A stretch of 38,669 nucleotides of DNA, taken from the IMG/VR virus record IMGVR_UViG_3300046643_000107, positions 1 to 38,669 of that record. One strand, 5' to 3'. Positions within the stretch are counted from its first letter, which is position 1; each line of letters starts with the position of its first letter. The position numbers and the translations under genes are program-made. Below are positions 17,952 to 26,329 of the stretch, one piece after another. The notes beneath the pieces are model-generated. The model saw only the letters and a list, made by a program, of their open reading frames with translations. It was not told the DNA's origin and did no database searches. Origin of the DNA: a virus. Lineage: Duplodnaviria > Caudoviricetes.

Positions 17952-18684
17952 ATAAAATGATCCTAATAGGCTTATTGACTGGTTGATATCGTTCGTTTAC
18001 ATGGCTGGCATTAATCATTTTATATGAAGCCCCTTTATAATTTACTTCTATTTGACCATAAGATTCATGAATATGACCGAATACATGAAGCTTAGGATAT
18101 TTATTCATTTTTCCAATCTTTTTATCAAGAGATGTACTTCCTACATGAATGTACTCACCATTTGGGTAATCATCTATTATTGATTTCCTTTCGGGATGCA
18201 TTGATTTCTTTGCTAGGTCTAATACAGCAAAAGGTGGACTATGAGTAATCAATATATCAATATCATCAGGAATCAAAGCCCATTTCTCTCCTAATTCTTC
18301 TTCAGTATCAACAGTGAAAGCTTTGCACTCTGGATTCATTCCTGGAAATGTTAAGGACCATGGGGAACCCCATATCTTTAAGGCTTCAAATTCTGTTCCT
18401 GAATCGCAAAGATATTCTATTCTGTCATTAGCGTCACTGACTGGGCCTTTATAACCTTCTGCGTCTTGTTCTTTATCCCAGCGCTCAATCATTGTATCAT
18501 GATTACCCGCAATAAAAATGATTTTTTTATAGTCTTGCCTATCCATCCAAGTGGCAAATTCATGCCATTCCTTGTCTGTATGTCTAGCCGTCAAATCCCC
18601 AGCAATAATAAGTAAATCGCCGCCTTCTAGCTTAGGGTAAAATCCGTGAATGTCGCTTAAACAGTCAATAATCATGAAAAACAT
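17950..18684 (-). CDS. Metallophosphoesterase (calcineurin-like, MPPED-type)
   Basis: SDIHG, AGDLT, AGNHD, ITHSPP and FGHIHE motifs. Confidence 0.92.
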   Translation of the reverse strand: MFFMIIDCLSDIHGFYPKLEGGDLLIIAGDLTARHTDKEWHEFATWMDRQDYKKIIFIAGNHDTMIERWDKEQDAEGYKGPVSDANDRIEYLCDSGTEFEALKIWGSPWSLTFPGMNPECKAFTVDTEEELGEKWALIPDDIDILITHSPPFAVLDLAKKSMHPERKSIIDDYPNGEYIHVGSTSLDKKIGKMNKYPKLHVFGHIHESYGQIEVNYKGASYKMINASHVNERYQPVNKPIRIIL

Positions 18685-18844
18685 CCGCTCTAAGATTTAG
18701 ATATTTGTGAATTAAATTTGAAATGACGGCTATCTCTTCAATAGGTATTTTGCCTTCCTTATTTAACTTCATAATAAGAAATAGCTCTTCATTTGGGAAG
18801 GGATGGTCTTCTATTTTTTCTTCTATGTCTGCTTTATTGATCAT
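18665..18844 (-). CDS. Hypothetical protein (59 aa)
   Basis: Hand-translated MINKADIEEKIEDHPFPNEELFLIMKL...; GAGGA RBS. Confidence 0.5.
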   Translation of the reverse strand: MINKADIEEKIEDHPFPNEELFLIMKLNKEGKIPIEEIAVISNLIHKYLNLRADVFHDY

Positions 18845-19013
18845 CTTTCCTCACTAATTTAAATCCTTTTCCATCATGATTGGATGTCAAATGTGTAAAC
18901 CCATGCTTTTTGCATAATCTCACTAATACCATTAAAATATCGGGTGTAAGCCATCCCTTTATGATTGCATAGTCTTTATAGACTTCAATGCTATATTCAG
19001 GTAATTCTTGCAT
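18834..19013 (-). CDS. Hypothetical protein (59 aa)
   Basis: Hand-translated MQELPEYSIEVYKDYAIIKGWL...; GAGGA RBS. Confidence 0.5.
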   Translation of the reverse strand: MQELPEYSIEVYKDYAIIKGWLTPDILMVLVRLCKKHGFTHLTSNHDGKGFKLVRKDDQ

Positions 19014-19200
19014 GTCTCTTCCTCTCCTGTTTCATAGCTAATCGTACATTATGCTTAATAATTTTCTTAGTCTTTTTTGCCCCGAAATTATCTACAAGCA
19101 CCTCTATGAATTGCTCTAATGTGATCCTTTCTTCCACGAGGGCTTCTTGTAGTTCTTCCATTGTACATTCCATTAAATCAATTGATTCCTTGTTAAGCAT
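18997..19200 (-). CDS. Hypothetical protein
   Basis: 67-aa ORF in a chain of overlapping small genes. Confidence 0.5.
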   Translation of the reverse strand: MLNKESIDLMECTMEELQEALVEERITLEQFIEVLVDNFGAKKTKKIIKHNVRLAMKQERKRHARIT

Positions 19201-19297
19201 AAATCGATATAAATTAATTCTGGTTCCTTTTTTTATACATTATCTGCATAAAGTTACACAGAAAAGTGAAGCTTTCTTATTAAAAAAAGGAATTTAT

Positions 19298-19837
19298 ATG
19301 TCTAGTATTAAACCTGCAGCATTTATATCAGCAGTTGGCGCTGGTGTTGGTGCTGCATTAGGATTCGCGGTTGCTGGCCCAGCTGGCATTAAAGATGGTG
19401 CACAGATTGGTTTCGGTTTGGGCGTAAAAGTTGCGGTCACTAGTAAGGCAGAGGAAGCGGTAGACGCTGTCGCTAAGAAGGCAGAACAGGGCGTAGATGC
19501 AGCCGGAAGAAAGGTAGATGCAGCGATAGATAAAACCCACGAGAGAGTATTTAATGCAATCGAAAGAGTCGCTGATACTTGGGCTACAATAATGCTTTGC
19601 GGTTATACATGGCAGATTGCTAATTACGGTGCGAATCTCAATCGAATTTCATTCAAAGAACATTGCCCTACCATACTGCATAATTTGGATTGCATATCTT
19701 TATCTGCCACAACATTTTCCATCAATCTTGTGGGTGTGGCGGCTTCTGCAGCTTTGATTTTCAAATTAAAAGAGATGGTGTATGATGAGCCTCGAAGAAG
19801 ATCTGCACAAATAAACATACAGGTGAAAAATGCTTAG
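19298..19837 (+). CDS. Glycine-zipper membrane protein (moron)
   Basis: Likely start ATG 19298 (AAGGA RBS), MSSIKPAAFISAVGAGVGAALGFAVAGPAG; alanine-rich coil followed by further hydrophobic segments. Confidence 0.65.
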   Translation: MSSIKPAAFISAVGAGVGAALGFAVAGPAGIKDGAQIGFGLGVKVAVTSKAEEAVDAVAKKAEQGVDAAGRKVDAAIDKTHERVFNAIERVADTWATIMLCGYTWQIANYGANLNRISFKEHCPTILHNLDCISLSATTFSINLVGVAASAALIFKLKEMVYDEPRRRSAQINIQVKNA

Positions 19838-20318
19838 TATATCGAAAGTATTTACAAATGTTGCAAGTGGCGCAGGGAATGGCCTAAGAGCTATGGCTCC
19901 TGGTATAATCAGATTCGTTCCTTCGGTTTTCGCAGCAACCATATGTCTTGGGTTGCGTGAACAAATTCCGCTGGTTTCCCGAGAAGCTTTGAACGACACC
20001 AGCTCTAGGATTTTGGAAATTTCAACAGCATTATTTGGCTATATTGCCTTAAAATCTATTTGGAATTCTCCAAAGGAAGAACCTCTGGATTTATCCACTA
20101 AGACTGTTGTAAAAAATGATGTTAAAGATGTTGTGGATGAAAAGATCAGTGAAATTTCAGGCGATGAATTGGTTTTTTTAAGACAGGAAGTTTCTCGTTT
20201 GAAGAAAGAGATTGCCGACAACGAAGAAAAATTCAATATGAAGCTCTTTACTTTGAGGACTGAGCTTGCCAATGAATTAGATCCTTTTGTAGATATGGGA
20301 ACCAGCGCTACACATTAG
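19830..20318 (+). CDS. Two-hydrophobic-segment plus coiled-coil protein (Inc-like architecture)
   Basis: Hydrophobic IIRFVPSVFAATICLGL and ILEISTALFGYIALKSIW, then a C-terminal coiled coil. Confidence 0.55.
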   Translation: MLSISKVFTNVASGAGNGLRAMAPGIIRFVPSVFAATICLGLREQIPLVSREALNDTSSRILEISTALFGYIALKSIWNSPKEEPLDLSTKTVVKNDVKDVVDEKISEISGDELVFLRQEVSRLKKEIADNEEKFNMKLFTLRTELANELDPFVDMGTSATH

Positions 20319-20320
20319 CA

Positions 20321-20357
20321 AAAGTAAAAGACGGGAACCTTACTGGGTTATCCGTCT
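20321..20357 (-). terminator. Terminator between convergent operons
   Basis: Minus strand AGACGG..AACC/GGTT..CCGTCT followed by TTTACTTT. Confidence 0.6.
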
Positions 20358-20362
20358 AAACT

Positions 20363-20575
20363 TTATTTTGGTACCTCGGGCATTTCCATGTATATGTCAC
20401 AAGATATTGGAAAGCTACTAAGACTATCTAGGAGCAACATTTTATCTATATATTCAGCGTAATATGCTCTATGAGGCACACAATAATGCCCTTCATCATC
20501 CATGTAAGAAACTAAATAGTTTGCATCATTTTGGATGTTATGCAACTGTCTTTCAGACCAAAGTTTCCAGCTCAT
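20363..20575 (-). CDS. DUF551-like small protein
   Basis: MSWKLWSER...IYMEMPEVPK pattern. Confidence 0.5.
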   Translation of the reverse strand: MSWKLWSERQLHNIQNDANYLVSYMDDEGHYCVPHRAYYAEYIDKMLLLDSLSSFPISCDIYMEMPEVPK

Positions 20576-20576
20576 A

Positions 20577-20813
20577 TTACTCCTGAATGAATGCTAAAAT
20601 ATCTTCTTCTTTTACCAGAAATAGGTCATCGGAACCATCCACAGATATTTTAGAGAATGGTTTTATCTGAACAATTTGATTTGCTCTATCACCTTCAACA
20701 ATAATGCCCCAGTTATTGTGTTGTTCTTCTTTGGAAAGGATTAGCTTTCCGGGGATCACGGGCTTCACGTATTTCTTTAATAGAGTGTATGGGTGATTCG
20801 GTGTAACTTTCAT
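20577..20813 (-). CDS. GroES-like co-chaperonin
   Basis: Start 20813; MKVTPNHPYTLLK...PGKLILS...WGIIVE...LFLVKEEDILAFI follows the Cpn10 pattern. Confidence 0.7.
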   Translation of the reverse strand: MKVTPNHPYTLLKKYVKPVIPGKLILSKEEQHNNWGIIVEGDRANQIVQIKPFSKISVDGSDDLFLVKEEDILAFIQE

Positions 20814-20814
20814 T

Positions 20815-21090
20815 TTATTCCTTTGGTGGTTTTGGTAAAGGCATCCATGAATCAATAATTCTTTTCGGAATTCTAGAAATCTTCCTATATTTATCATGAA
20901 ATAACCATTCTTTAGGAAATCTAGGATGAACGATCATTATAAATATATTTTTATAATATTTTTCCAAGGTTTCTAAGTCTTCCAAATATCGTGCTACGCA
21001 GATAAATGGATTTGTATAGTTCGTTTTTATGATAACGATTTGACCATCATCGGGAAGTTTATCTTTAATGCTAATCCATTCCATTTTCAA
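20815..21090 (-). CDS. DUF551 family protein
   Basis: MEWISIKDKLPDDGQIV...SWMPLPKPPKE. Confidence 0.8.
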   Translation of the reverse strand: MKMEWISIKDKLPDDGQIVIIKTNYTNPFICVARYLEDLETLEKYYKNIFIMIVHPRFPKEWLFHDKYRKISRIPKRIIDSWMPLPKPPKE

Positions 21091-21311
21091 TTCTCGATTT
21101 TCTTTTCATCCTTCATTGCTTCTGCAAGAGTACGTCCTGTTGCTAGATAGAACATGCGTTGATCTTGAAGTTCAATATGTTTTTCATATTTATCCATTCT
21201 TTCATTCATATCAGCTTTAAATCCGCGCATAAAACCATATACGCATCCGATTACTGTTGCGCCTGTTCCAATGATTGCTAAAATTATTCCTGAAATTGCT
21301 ATTATTTCCAT
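21087..21311 (-). CDS. Single-TM coiled-coil protein
   Basis: N-terminal TM helix then a short coil; GGGAG RBS. Confidence 0.65.
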   Translation of the reverse strand: MEIIAISGIILAIIGTGATVIGCVYGFMRGFKADMNERMDKYEKHIELQDQRMFYLATGRTLAEAMKDEKKIEN

Positions 21312-21454
21312 TTTATCTCCCTTTTTGTTATAATTTGGTCATCCCCAAAAACATTAATCGCCCGGCTTGACAGAAGCACCACTTTCGTGAAAGTAATGTC
21401 TGATAATCATGGTTCTGTCGAATTAAAACGATTTTTACGTATTTCAAGAATTTG

Positions 21455-21790
21455 TTATTTGTCAACTGCAGTGTTTCTTTTAAAACTTTTCATAAATTGT
21501 TCCCAAATATATTCTTCCAGCTCGCCATTTCCAAGAATATCAAAATCACCCATGCATAATTTTTGTGCTAGAATTTTGTGCATGTGAATAATGTGTTCTC
21601 CTGAAATCCGATGCATGAAGTGATTATCATCATCAAAAGTATCAACTGTATCCAAGAGGTCCAATTGCTTTCCATTTTTCAGATAAACATATGAATAATA
21701 ATGATCCCCTTTTTCAGAACATTCATGCTCCAAATAAGCAATTTCATCAATGTTTACAATTTGCCCACAAAGTGTTTCTATAAATTTCAT
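21455..21790 (-). CDS. Hypothetical protein
   Basis: 111 aa beginning MKFIETLCGQIVNIDEIAYL. Confidence 0.6.
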   Translation of the reverse strand: MKFIETLCGQIVNIDEIAYLEHECSEKGDHYYSYVYLKNGKQLDLLDTVDTFDDDNHFMHRISGEHIIHMHKILAQKLCMGDFDILGNGELEEYIWEQFMKSFKRNTAVDK

Positions 21791-21984
21791 ATTGTTCCTT
21801 GTTTTCTACTTTCTTCAATCTTGCAAAGTCTCCCATGAAATTCTTTTCGCTCTTCTTGAGCTTCTCTCATGAATGTATCCAATTTAGCATCCATGTGGCG
21901 CCAGTCTGCTCTTGATTCCGCACGAAACCATGCTATCAGTCCGGCATTTGCTAAAAATAATGTAATAACTTGTGTCCAGTCCAT
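21787..21984 (-). CDS. Single-TM coiled-coil protein (MDWxQV family)
   Basis: MDWTQVITLFLANAGLIAWF...FHGRLCKIEE. Confidence 0.7.
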   Translation of the reverse strand: MDWTQVITLFLANAGLIAWFRAESRADWRHMDAKLDTFMREAQEERKEFHGRLCKIEESRKQGTI

Positions 21985-21988
21985 TTTC

Positions 21989-22222
21989 TTATCCTTGTTT
22001 TAGTTTTTCATCGAGGCACTGTAAGATCCATCCATTTCTTGATATACCAATACGTTTTTCAACATAATCATCAATGGCGTGGAACATGTCTTCAGGAAGT
22101 CTTAAATTAATATTTTTGAAAGAGTATTTATTACTTTTTAAATCTTCTGAGACATGCCCACCCTTGCTTATTATTTTTATAGGGTCTTCTATTTCTTTCT
22201 TATTTTTTTTCTCTAGTATCAT
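21989..22222 (-). CDS. Ribbon-helix-helix centromere-binding protein (ParG/CopG-like)
   Basis: Downstream of parA; IISKGG N-terminal tail, INLRLPEDM strand-helix and ISRNGWILQCL second helix. Confidence 0.8.
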   Translation of the reverse strand: MILEKKNKKEIEDPIKIISKGGHVSEDLKSNKYSFKNINLRLPEDMFHAIDDYVEKRIGISRNGWILQCLDEKLKQG

Positions 22223-22313
22223 GTACCAACCATGTGTTTAATATGTATTTTTATTGTACTAATCTTGTACTTATATTGTATATTTCCTGTGCAATATATG
22301 TACGTTATATGTA
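22222..22313. repeat. Centromere-like array: nine TGTR motifs at exact 11-bp period
   Basis: TGT starts at 22222, 22233, 22244, 22255, 22266, 22277, 22288, 22299 and 22310. Confidence 0.8.
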
Positions 22314-22952
22314 TTTGTCAACGAAAATATTTTCGTAAACCATTTTCATCTCTTCTATCGCCTTTAAATCTTTAACTTTCATCTCTATAACGCCCAAACC
22401 TTCAGAGGCTGCGTTGCCAAAAGATTTCCTATTTGCAATTGAAACATTCATGCATTTAAGCTCTGAATTCTTGGAGATAATCTCTAAAGCATCTGAGTTA
22501 TCAGAGCCTCTAAAATCAGCCTGGTTTATCAATGCATAGCACTTCAAGTTTGGGTTATAAATGATTATCTCGCTGATCATGTTTTTAACCGAACCTATGG
22601 TCCATATATCTAATGAACGTGGCTTAAAAGGAACAATGAAGACGTCGGCAGAAAAGAGAGAGGACCTTTGGCTTGTAGTATCACGTCCTCCAACATCAAT
22701 TATTATGTCATCATAATCCTTTTCAATTCTTTGGATCTGTAGATGTAGGGTTTTCCCGGATAACTGGATTGTAGACCATGAAGTGCTTATTCCCATGCCG
22801 TCCCGCTGGTTGGCCCAGTCAGAGGCAGAATGCTGTTCGTCAGCATCAACCAGTAAAACCTTTTTTCCTGCGGCAGCTCTCATCACACATAGATTAGTGG
22901 CAATCGTTGTCTTACCACTGCCGCCTTTAATTCCACCCAAAACTATTTTCAT
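22305..22952 (-). CDS. parA: ParA-family partition ATPase (short type Ib, no N-terminal HTH)
   Basis: Start ATG 22952; deviant Walker A KGGSGKTT, LLVDADEQ and IIIDVGG. Confidence 0.92.
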   Translation of the reverse strand: MKIVLGGIKGGSGKTTIATNLCVMRAAAGKKVLLVDADEQHSASDWANQRDGMGISTSWSTIQLSGKTLHLQIQRIEKDYDDIIIDVGGRDTTSQRSSLFSADVFIVPFKPRSLDIWTIGSVKNMISEIIIYNPNLKCYALINQADFRGSDNSDALEIISKNSELKCMNVSIANRKSFGNAASEGLGVIEMKVKDLKAIEEMKMVYENIFVDKYI

Positions 22953-23002
22953 AAAATGTACTCTTTTAGTATTTTTATCATATATATTATACACGAAAAC
23001 CA

Positions 23003-23039
23003 TACATTTTGTCTACATAAATAATACATTTTTGGTACT
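23003..23039. promoter_or_regulatory. Inverted 11-bp-period array upstream of parA (putative operator)
   Basis: TACA at 23003, 23014 and 23025, TACT at 23036. Confidence 0.55.
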
Positions 23040-23220
23040 AAATAATAGATTTAGCTCTTCTCTTGAATTTCTTCAAGGCTTCATACTGCCAGATCTCGCA
23101 ACACACAGAATATGCCTTGGCATGAGAAACCTTTAGCTTTCTACAGATGAGGCTGGGAGATATGTGATTATTGACTTTGTAGATTTTCAATGCTGATCGA
23201 GTTAATTCATCCATGGACAC
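23038..23220 (-). CDS. Stand-alone FtsK gamma-like winged-helix protein
   Basis: DELTRSALKI...ISPSLICRKLKVSHAKAYSV resembles the FtsK gamma pattern (S.S.LQR.L.IGY.RA). Confidence 0.5.
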   Translation of the reverse strand: MSMDELTRSALKIYKVNNHISPSLICRKLKVSHAKAYSVCCEIWQYEALKKFKRRAKSII

Positions 23221-23273
23221 CTTCAGATTAATTTTCTGAAAGAGAATAAGGTGGGGATTGATTTATATAAATG

Positions 23274-23294
23274 AAAAAGCGGCCCGAAGGCCGC
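23274..23294 (-). terminator. Intrinsic terminator with cUUCGg loop
   Basis: Minus strand GCGGCC-TTCG-GGCCGC followed by TTTTT. Confidence 0.85.
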
Positions 23295-23360
23295 CAAAAC
23301 GGGAGAGCGAATAATGAAAAAACGTGCTTAACCTAAAAGACTCTGGACAACTTCCTTTTA

Positions 23361-23729
23361 TCAAGTAGGGTATTTAAATTCTATTTTTATTTTATATTCT
23401 TTTGGATCGCCACTTAACTGCTTGTAAATGAACTCTATATCTCCAAATCCATCTGCGCGTCCAGGAGCTAAACCTGGATGAAAATATTCCGCGCAAGCAT
23501 CTTCAATATATTTGAAACTTGACACCAAATTTCCATAATCCATATAACGTGGCGCAACCCTAGTTAGGGTTATTGTAAGCGGAGTCTGATTTGGTGGACG
23601 TTTAGAATTAAGCGCCCACCAAATCACTTTCTTTTGGATTCTATGCCTCTTAGATTTCTTAGACCAATGCTCAGAGCTGTTGGCTTCGGAAACAGTTCTA
23701 ATCGGCAAGATAATCTCAACAGTGTCCAT
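23361..23729 (-). CDS. RusA-like endodeoxyribonuclease
   Basis: LPIRTVSEAN...HW...ITLTRVAPRYMDYGNLVSSFKYIEDA pattern. Confidence 0.7.
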   Translation of the reverse strand: MDTVEIILPIRTVSEANSSEHWSKKSKRHRIQKKVIWWALNSKRPPNQTPLTITLTRVAPRYMDYGNLVSSFKYIEDACAEYFHPGLAPGRADGFGDIEFIYKQLSGDPKEYKIKIEFKYPT

Positions 23730-24009
23730 TGTCTTTTTCTTGAGGTTTGTAATATTCTGAAAAAGCTTTCAATTCTGACGTCATTCGTCCTAAATGATAC
23801 ATAGCCTCCTCAGGATGTTCATGTATGAATTGATTGCTGATCCTATAAAGATAATCTAATGATTTATTTATTTGTTCAAAGCATTTAGCCAGCTTTTCCC
23901 TATTTTCTGAATCAAATTCATCTGAAATTTTTTTGTATTCAACCATTAATTTATTTAATGTTGTCATCTCATCAGTGCTTAGGGTTTTAATCATTTCATC
24001 TCTATCCAT
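23716..24009 (-). CDS. Hypothetical helical protein
   Basis: 97 aa, coupled to both neighbours. Confidence 0.55.
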   Translation of the reverse strand: MDRDEMIKTLSTDEMTTLNKLMVEYKKISDEFDSENREKLAKCFEQINKSLDYLYRISNQFIHEHPEEAMYHLGRMTSELKAFSEYYKPQEKDNGHC

Positions 24010-24446
24010 CAGAATGGTAACTCCTCTTCCTGTTGTTTATATACCTGGGTGCCATAAGAACTTGGTGCAGCTGCTTGGGTATTTTTGGCCATTCCGTGCG
24101 GATAAAATACGTCGCCGCCGGATTTCTCCAATGGTTGAACATCATTTTTAAGCTTATCGTCCATATATTGATCCCAGGCTTTAGCTGTAGCTTTGTTAAA
24201 GTCAGCATATTTTTCTTCTGGAATTCTAACAATGTTAGCATATCCTGTTGTACCATCCGATTTTTTATAAGATTCTTGGTGCATGGTAATAAAAACATGC
24301 CCATTATTGGAATTCCGCATCACCTTAGCTTTAACAATTAAAGGAATTAATTGTCCATTAAGATGGGCATGAATTTCTAAGGAGCAATAACCTAAGAAGT
24401 TTTTCGCATCTTTTATAGGCGTGAAGTTGACGATTTTTGGATTCAT
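24009..24446 (-). CDS. Putative ssDNA-binding protein (SpoVG-like core, SSB-like acidic tail)
   Basis: KVMRNSNNGHVFITMHQESY...GYANIV core; C-terminus EEELPF. Confidence 0.6.
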   Translation of the reverse strand: MNPKIVNFTPIKDAKNFLGYCSLEIHAHLNGQLIPLIVKAKVMRNSNNGHVFITMHQESYKKSDGTTGYANIVRIPEEKYADFNKATAKAWDQYMDDKLKNDVQPLEKSGGDVFYPHGMAKNTQAAAPSSYGTQVYKQQEEELPF

Positions 24447-24489
24447 TTCTCATTCCCTTTCATTTTATTATATTATTTTTTATATACTT

Positions 24490-25491
24490 CTATTGCATGG
24501 ATAGGTCATGCTGAAACCCTCCAATCATTTTAAATACAGAGACTTCTTGCACGGACATTTTTCTTAAGAAATTAGATATTTGCTCTAAAAATGACATGTC
24601 TTTGTAGAATATTTTGTTTCCCTGAACTTTCAAATACCTATCATCTTCATGCTCGCTTATGCTTGGCTTAATGCCTAATTTGAATAGAGCTACATTGATT
24701 TCTCGCCAATAGCATTTGTTATAAGACGTTGGGTCTATCACATTCTTTGGTGTTTCTTTTGATTTCTTCGGCAATGGAATTTCCGGCTGATATTTGCACG
24801 CCCATTTTAAGGCTGGTGCCAAGCCCTTGGTGATGTTCGTTTCGGGGTGTAATGCCCAATCTAAGGCCTTCCTGACGATTTCTTGTGATGGATACTTATT
24901 GGTGATTTCGATTTTATCTGATTCAGGTATGTCAATCTTCAATAAAATATCATGGATCTTAGGCTGGCATGTTGCTTTCTCTTCTTCAACAAAAGTAGCA
25001 GCAGCAGCAAATTTCACATATTGCTGTTGCTGTTTTTGTTCTTCTTCTTTGGGTTCTTCTTTGGGTAATCCTAGATTACCCCCCCCCTTATTATGGATTA
25101 CCCCCCCCCCTAATTCTAAATTACCCCCCCCTCTAACCTGATATTTCTCCAGCATTACCTTCATATTCAATCCCCATAAGTCGACGATGGTTATTAAGTC
25201 TGGCATCGTTCCGCCATTGTCATGTTTTCTTTTGAGAATCTTGATTATGCCTCTTTTTTCTAATGATCTTTTAATCTCAATAAGCTTGGGTCTTTGGCAT
25301 CCGATTTCTGAACAAAGGGTATCGCTAGATTTAAAACACGATCCGCGGTCACCGGCCGTTTTCTTAAGAACGCAATATGTTTTAAATTCGTAAGGGTCTA
25401 GATTCATGTCGAAAAGTACGTTGGGAATTTCTGTTCGATAATGGTGTAAAGAACTTAAATCTTGTATTTCGTTTTGACTGTCGAGCGACAT
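24490..25491 (-). CDS. Replication initiator (N-terminal winged HTH)
   Basis: Start ATG 25491 (AAGGAG RBS); LDPYEFKTYCVL...CFKSSDTLCSEIG...SLEKRGII; repetitive central linker. Confidence 0.75.
   Translation of the reverse strand: MSLDSQNEIQDLSSLHHYRTEIPNVLFDMNLDPYEFKTYCVLKKTAGDRGSCFKSSDTLCSEIGCQRPKLIEIKRSLEKRGIIKILKRKHDNGGTMPDLITIVDLWGLNMKVMLEKYQVRGGGNLELGGGVIHNKGGGNLGLPKEEPKEEEQKQQQQYVKFAAAATFVEEEKATCQPKIHDILLKIDIPESDKIEITNKYPSQEIVRKALDWALHPETNITKGLAPALKWACKYQPEIPLPKKSKETPKNVIDPTSYNKCYWREINVALFKLGIKPSISEHEDDRYLKVQGNKIFYKDMSFLEQISNFLRKMSVQEVSVFKMIGGFQHDLSMQ
25062..25131. repeat. Iteron-like repeats within the initiator gene (putative ori)
   Basis: ATTA followed by C9, C10 and C8 at 25075, 25097 and 25120; inverted repeat GGGTAATC-cta-GATTACCC. 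Confidence 0.65.
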
Positions 25492-25497
25492 GGAAAA

Positions 25498-25540
25498 AAT
25501 CTCCTTGATATAAATCATTGTTTTAATGAACAAGGAGATT
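25498..25540 (-). promoter_or_regulatory. Stem-loop occluding the initiator RBS
   Basis: AATCTCCTTG (25498-25507) and CAAGGAGATT (25531-25540) form a perfect 10-bp inverted repeat, with an inner TCATT/AATGA pair. Confidence 0.65.
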
Positions 25541-25723
25541 GAGGAAATAAGATAATGCGTGTATAATACAACGCATCTTAATGCAATAAAATGACTGATA
25601 GCCTATATCTTACATCTTAAGCATTAATCCTAAAGTCTCCAGGTTCTGGTTTGTTTATTCCAGTTTCTGGGGTTACCTCGTCTCTTTGTCCATTGTATTC
25701 GTCGTACACGGACTGATTATGTA

Positions 25724-25747
25724 ACCTACGGCATCCGTGCCGTAGGT
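25724..25747. promoter_or_regulatory. Perfect 10-bp GC-rich hairpin in the initiator leader
   Basis: ACCTACGGCA-tccg-TGCCGTAGGT. Confidence 0.6.
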
Positions 25748-25790
25748 AAATTAATCTTCAAAGCGCTAATATCCTAGCACTTATAACATA

Positions 25791-26105
25791 TTAAATCACT
25801 ATTCTTTTTCTTTCGCATATTCCCGGACATATAAAAGGTCCATCTTCTTCGGAATACACTCCAATAGGTTTTATCGAAATATTCGATTCACCATCTTCTG
25901 TTGTAATCAAAAAACCTTTTCTTTCTAAGCTCATCAAAGGAAAATATAAAGAATCTAATACCGGTAGGGAAAACGGTTTTCCCTCAAGTAGATAACACTC
26001 ACAGATATTTTGATAAAGATCAAAAGTAACATCTAATACTTTCAATTTTTTTGTACAACATTCACAATATTTTAAATTCATAGTGTTCTCTTTGTCAGAT
26101 TTCAT
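25791..26105 (-). CDS. Hypothetical Cys-containing protein
   Basis: 104 aa; CECC and CPGIC; SLERKGFLITT resembles a winged helix. Confidence 0.55.
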   Translation of the reverse strand: MKSDKENTMNLKYCECCTKKLKVLDVTFDLYQNICECYLLEGKPFSLPVLDSLYFPLMSLERKGFLITTEDGESNISIKPIGVYSEEDGPFICPGICERKRIVI

Positions 26106-26329
26106 TCCCCTTGTCTGTTTTAAAATTTATCTTTTGTCAAGTTTTTTTATTTTTTTCTTTATAGTTTTAAGTATATCAAGTATCTTGCAAATTAAGATTT
26201 GAAAAATGCCTGAGGAATGCTTATGAAGCGGTTTTTTTGTGAACTTATATCATGCATGAAGGACAATCCACAGCTTAGACTAATCGTGTTCACTTTTTTT
26301 TTAGCCTTCATGTTAATGATAAGTACAAT

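Noticed and set aside
18965-19297. 111-aa N-terminal extension of the glycine-zipper ORF
   Set aside because: It starts at TTG, is antisense to plausible minus-strand genes, and a good RBS precedes ATG 19298.
22222-22313. CRISPR array
   Set aside because: The period is 11 bp with a 4-bp core, there are no spacers, and no cas genes are present.
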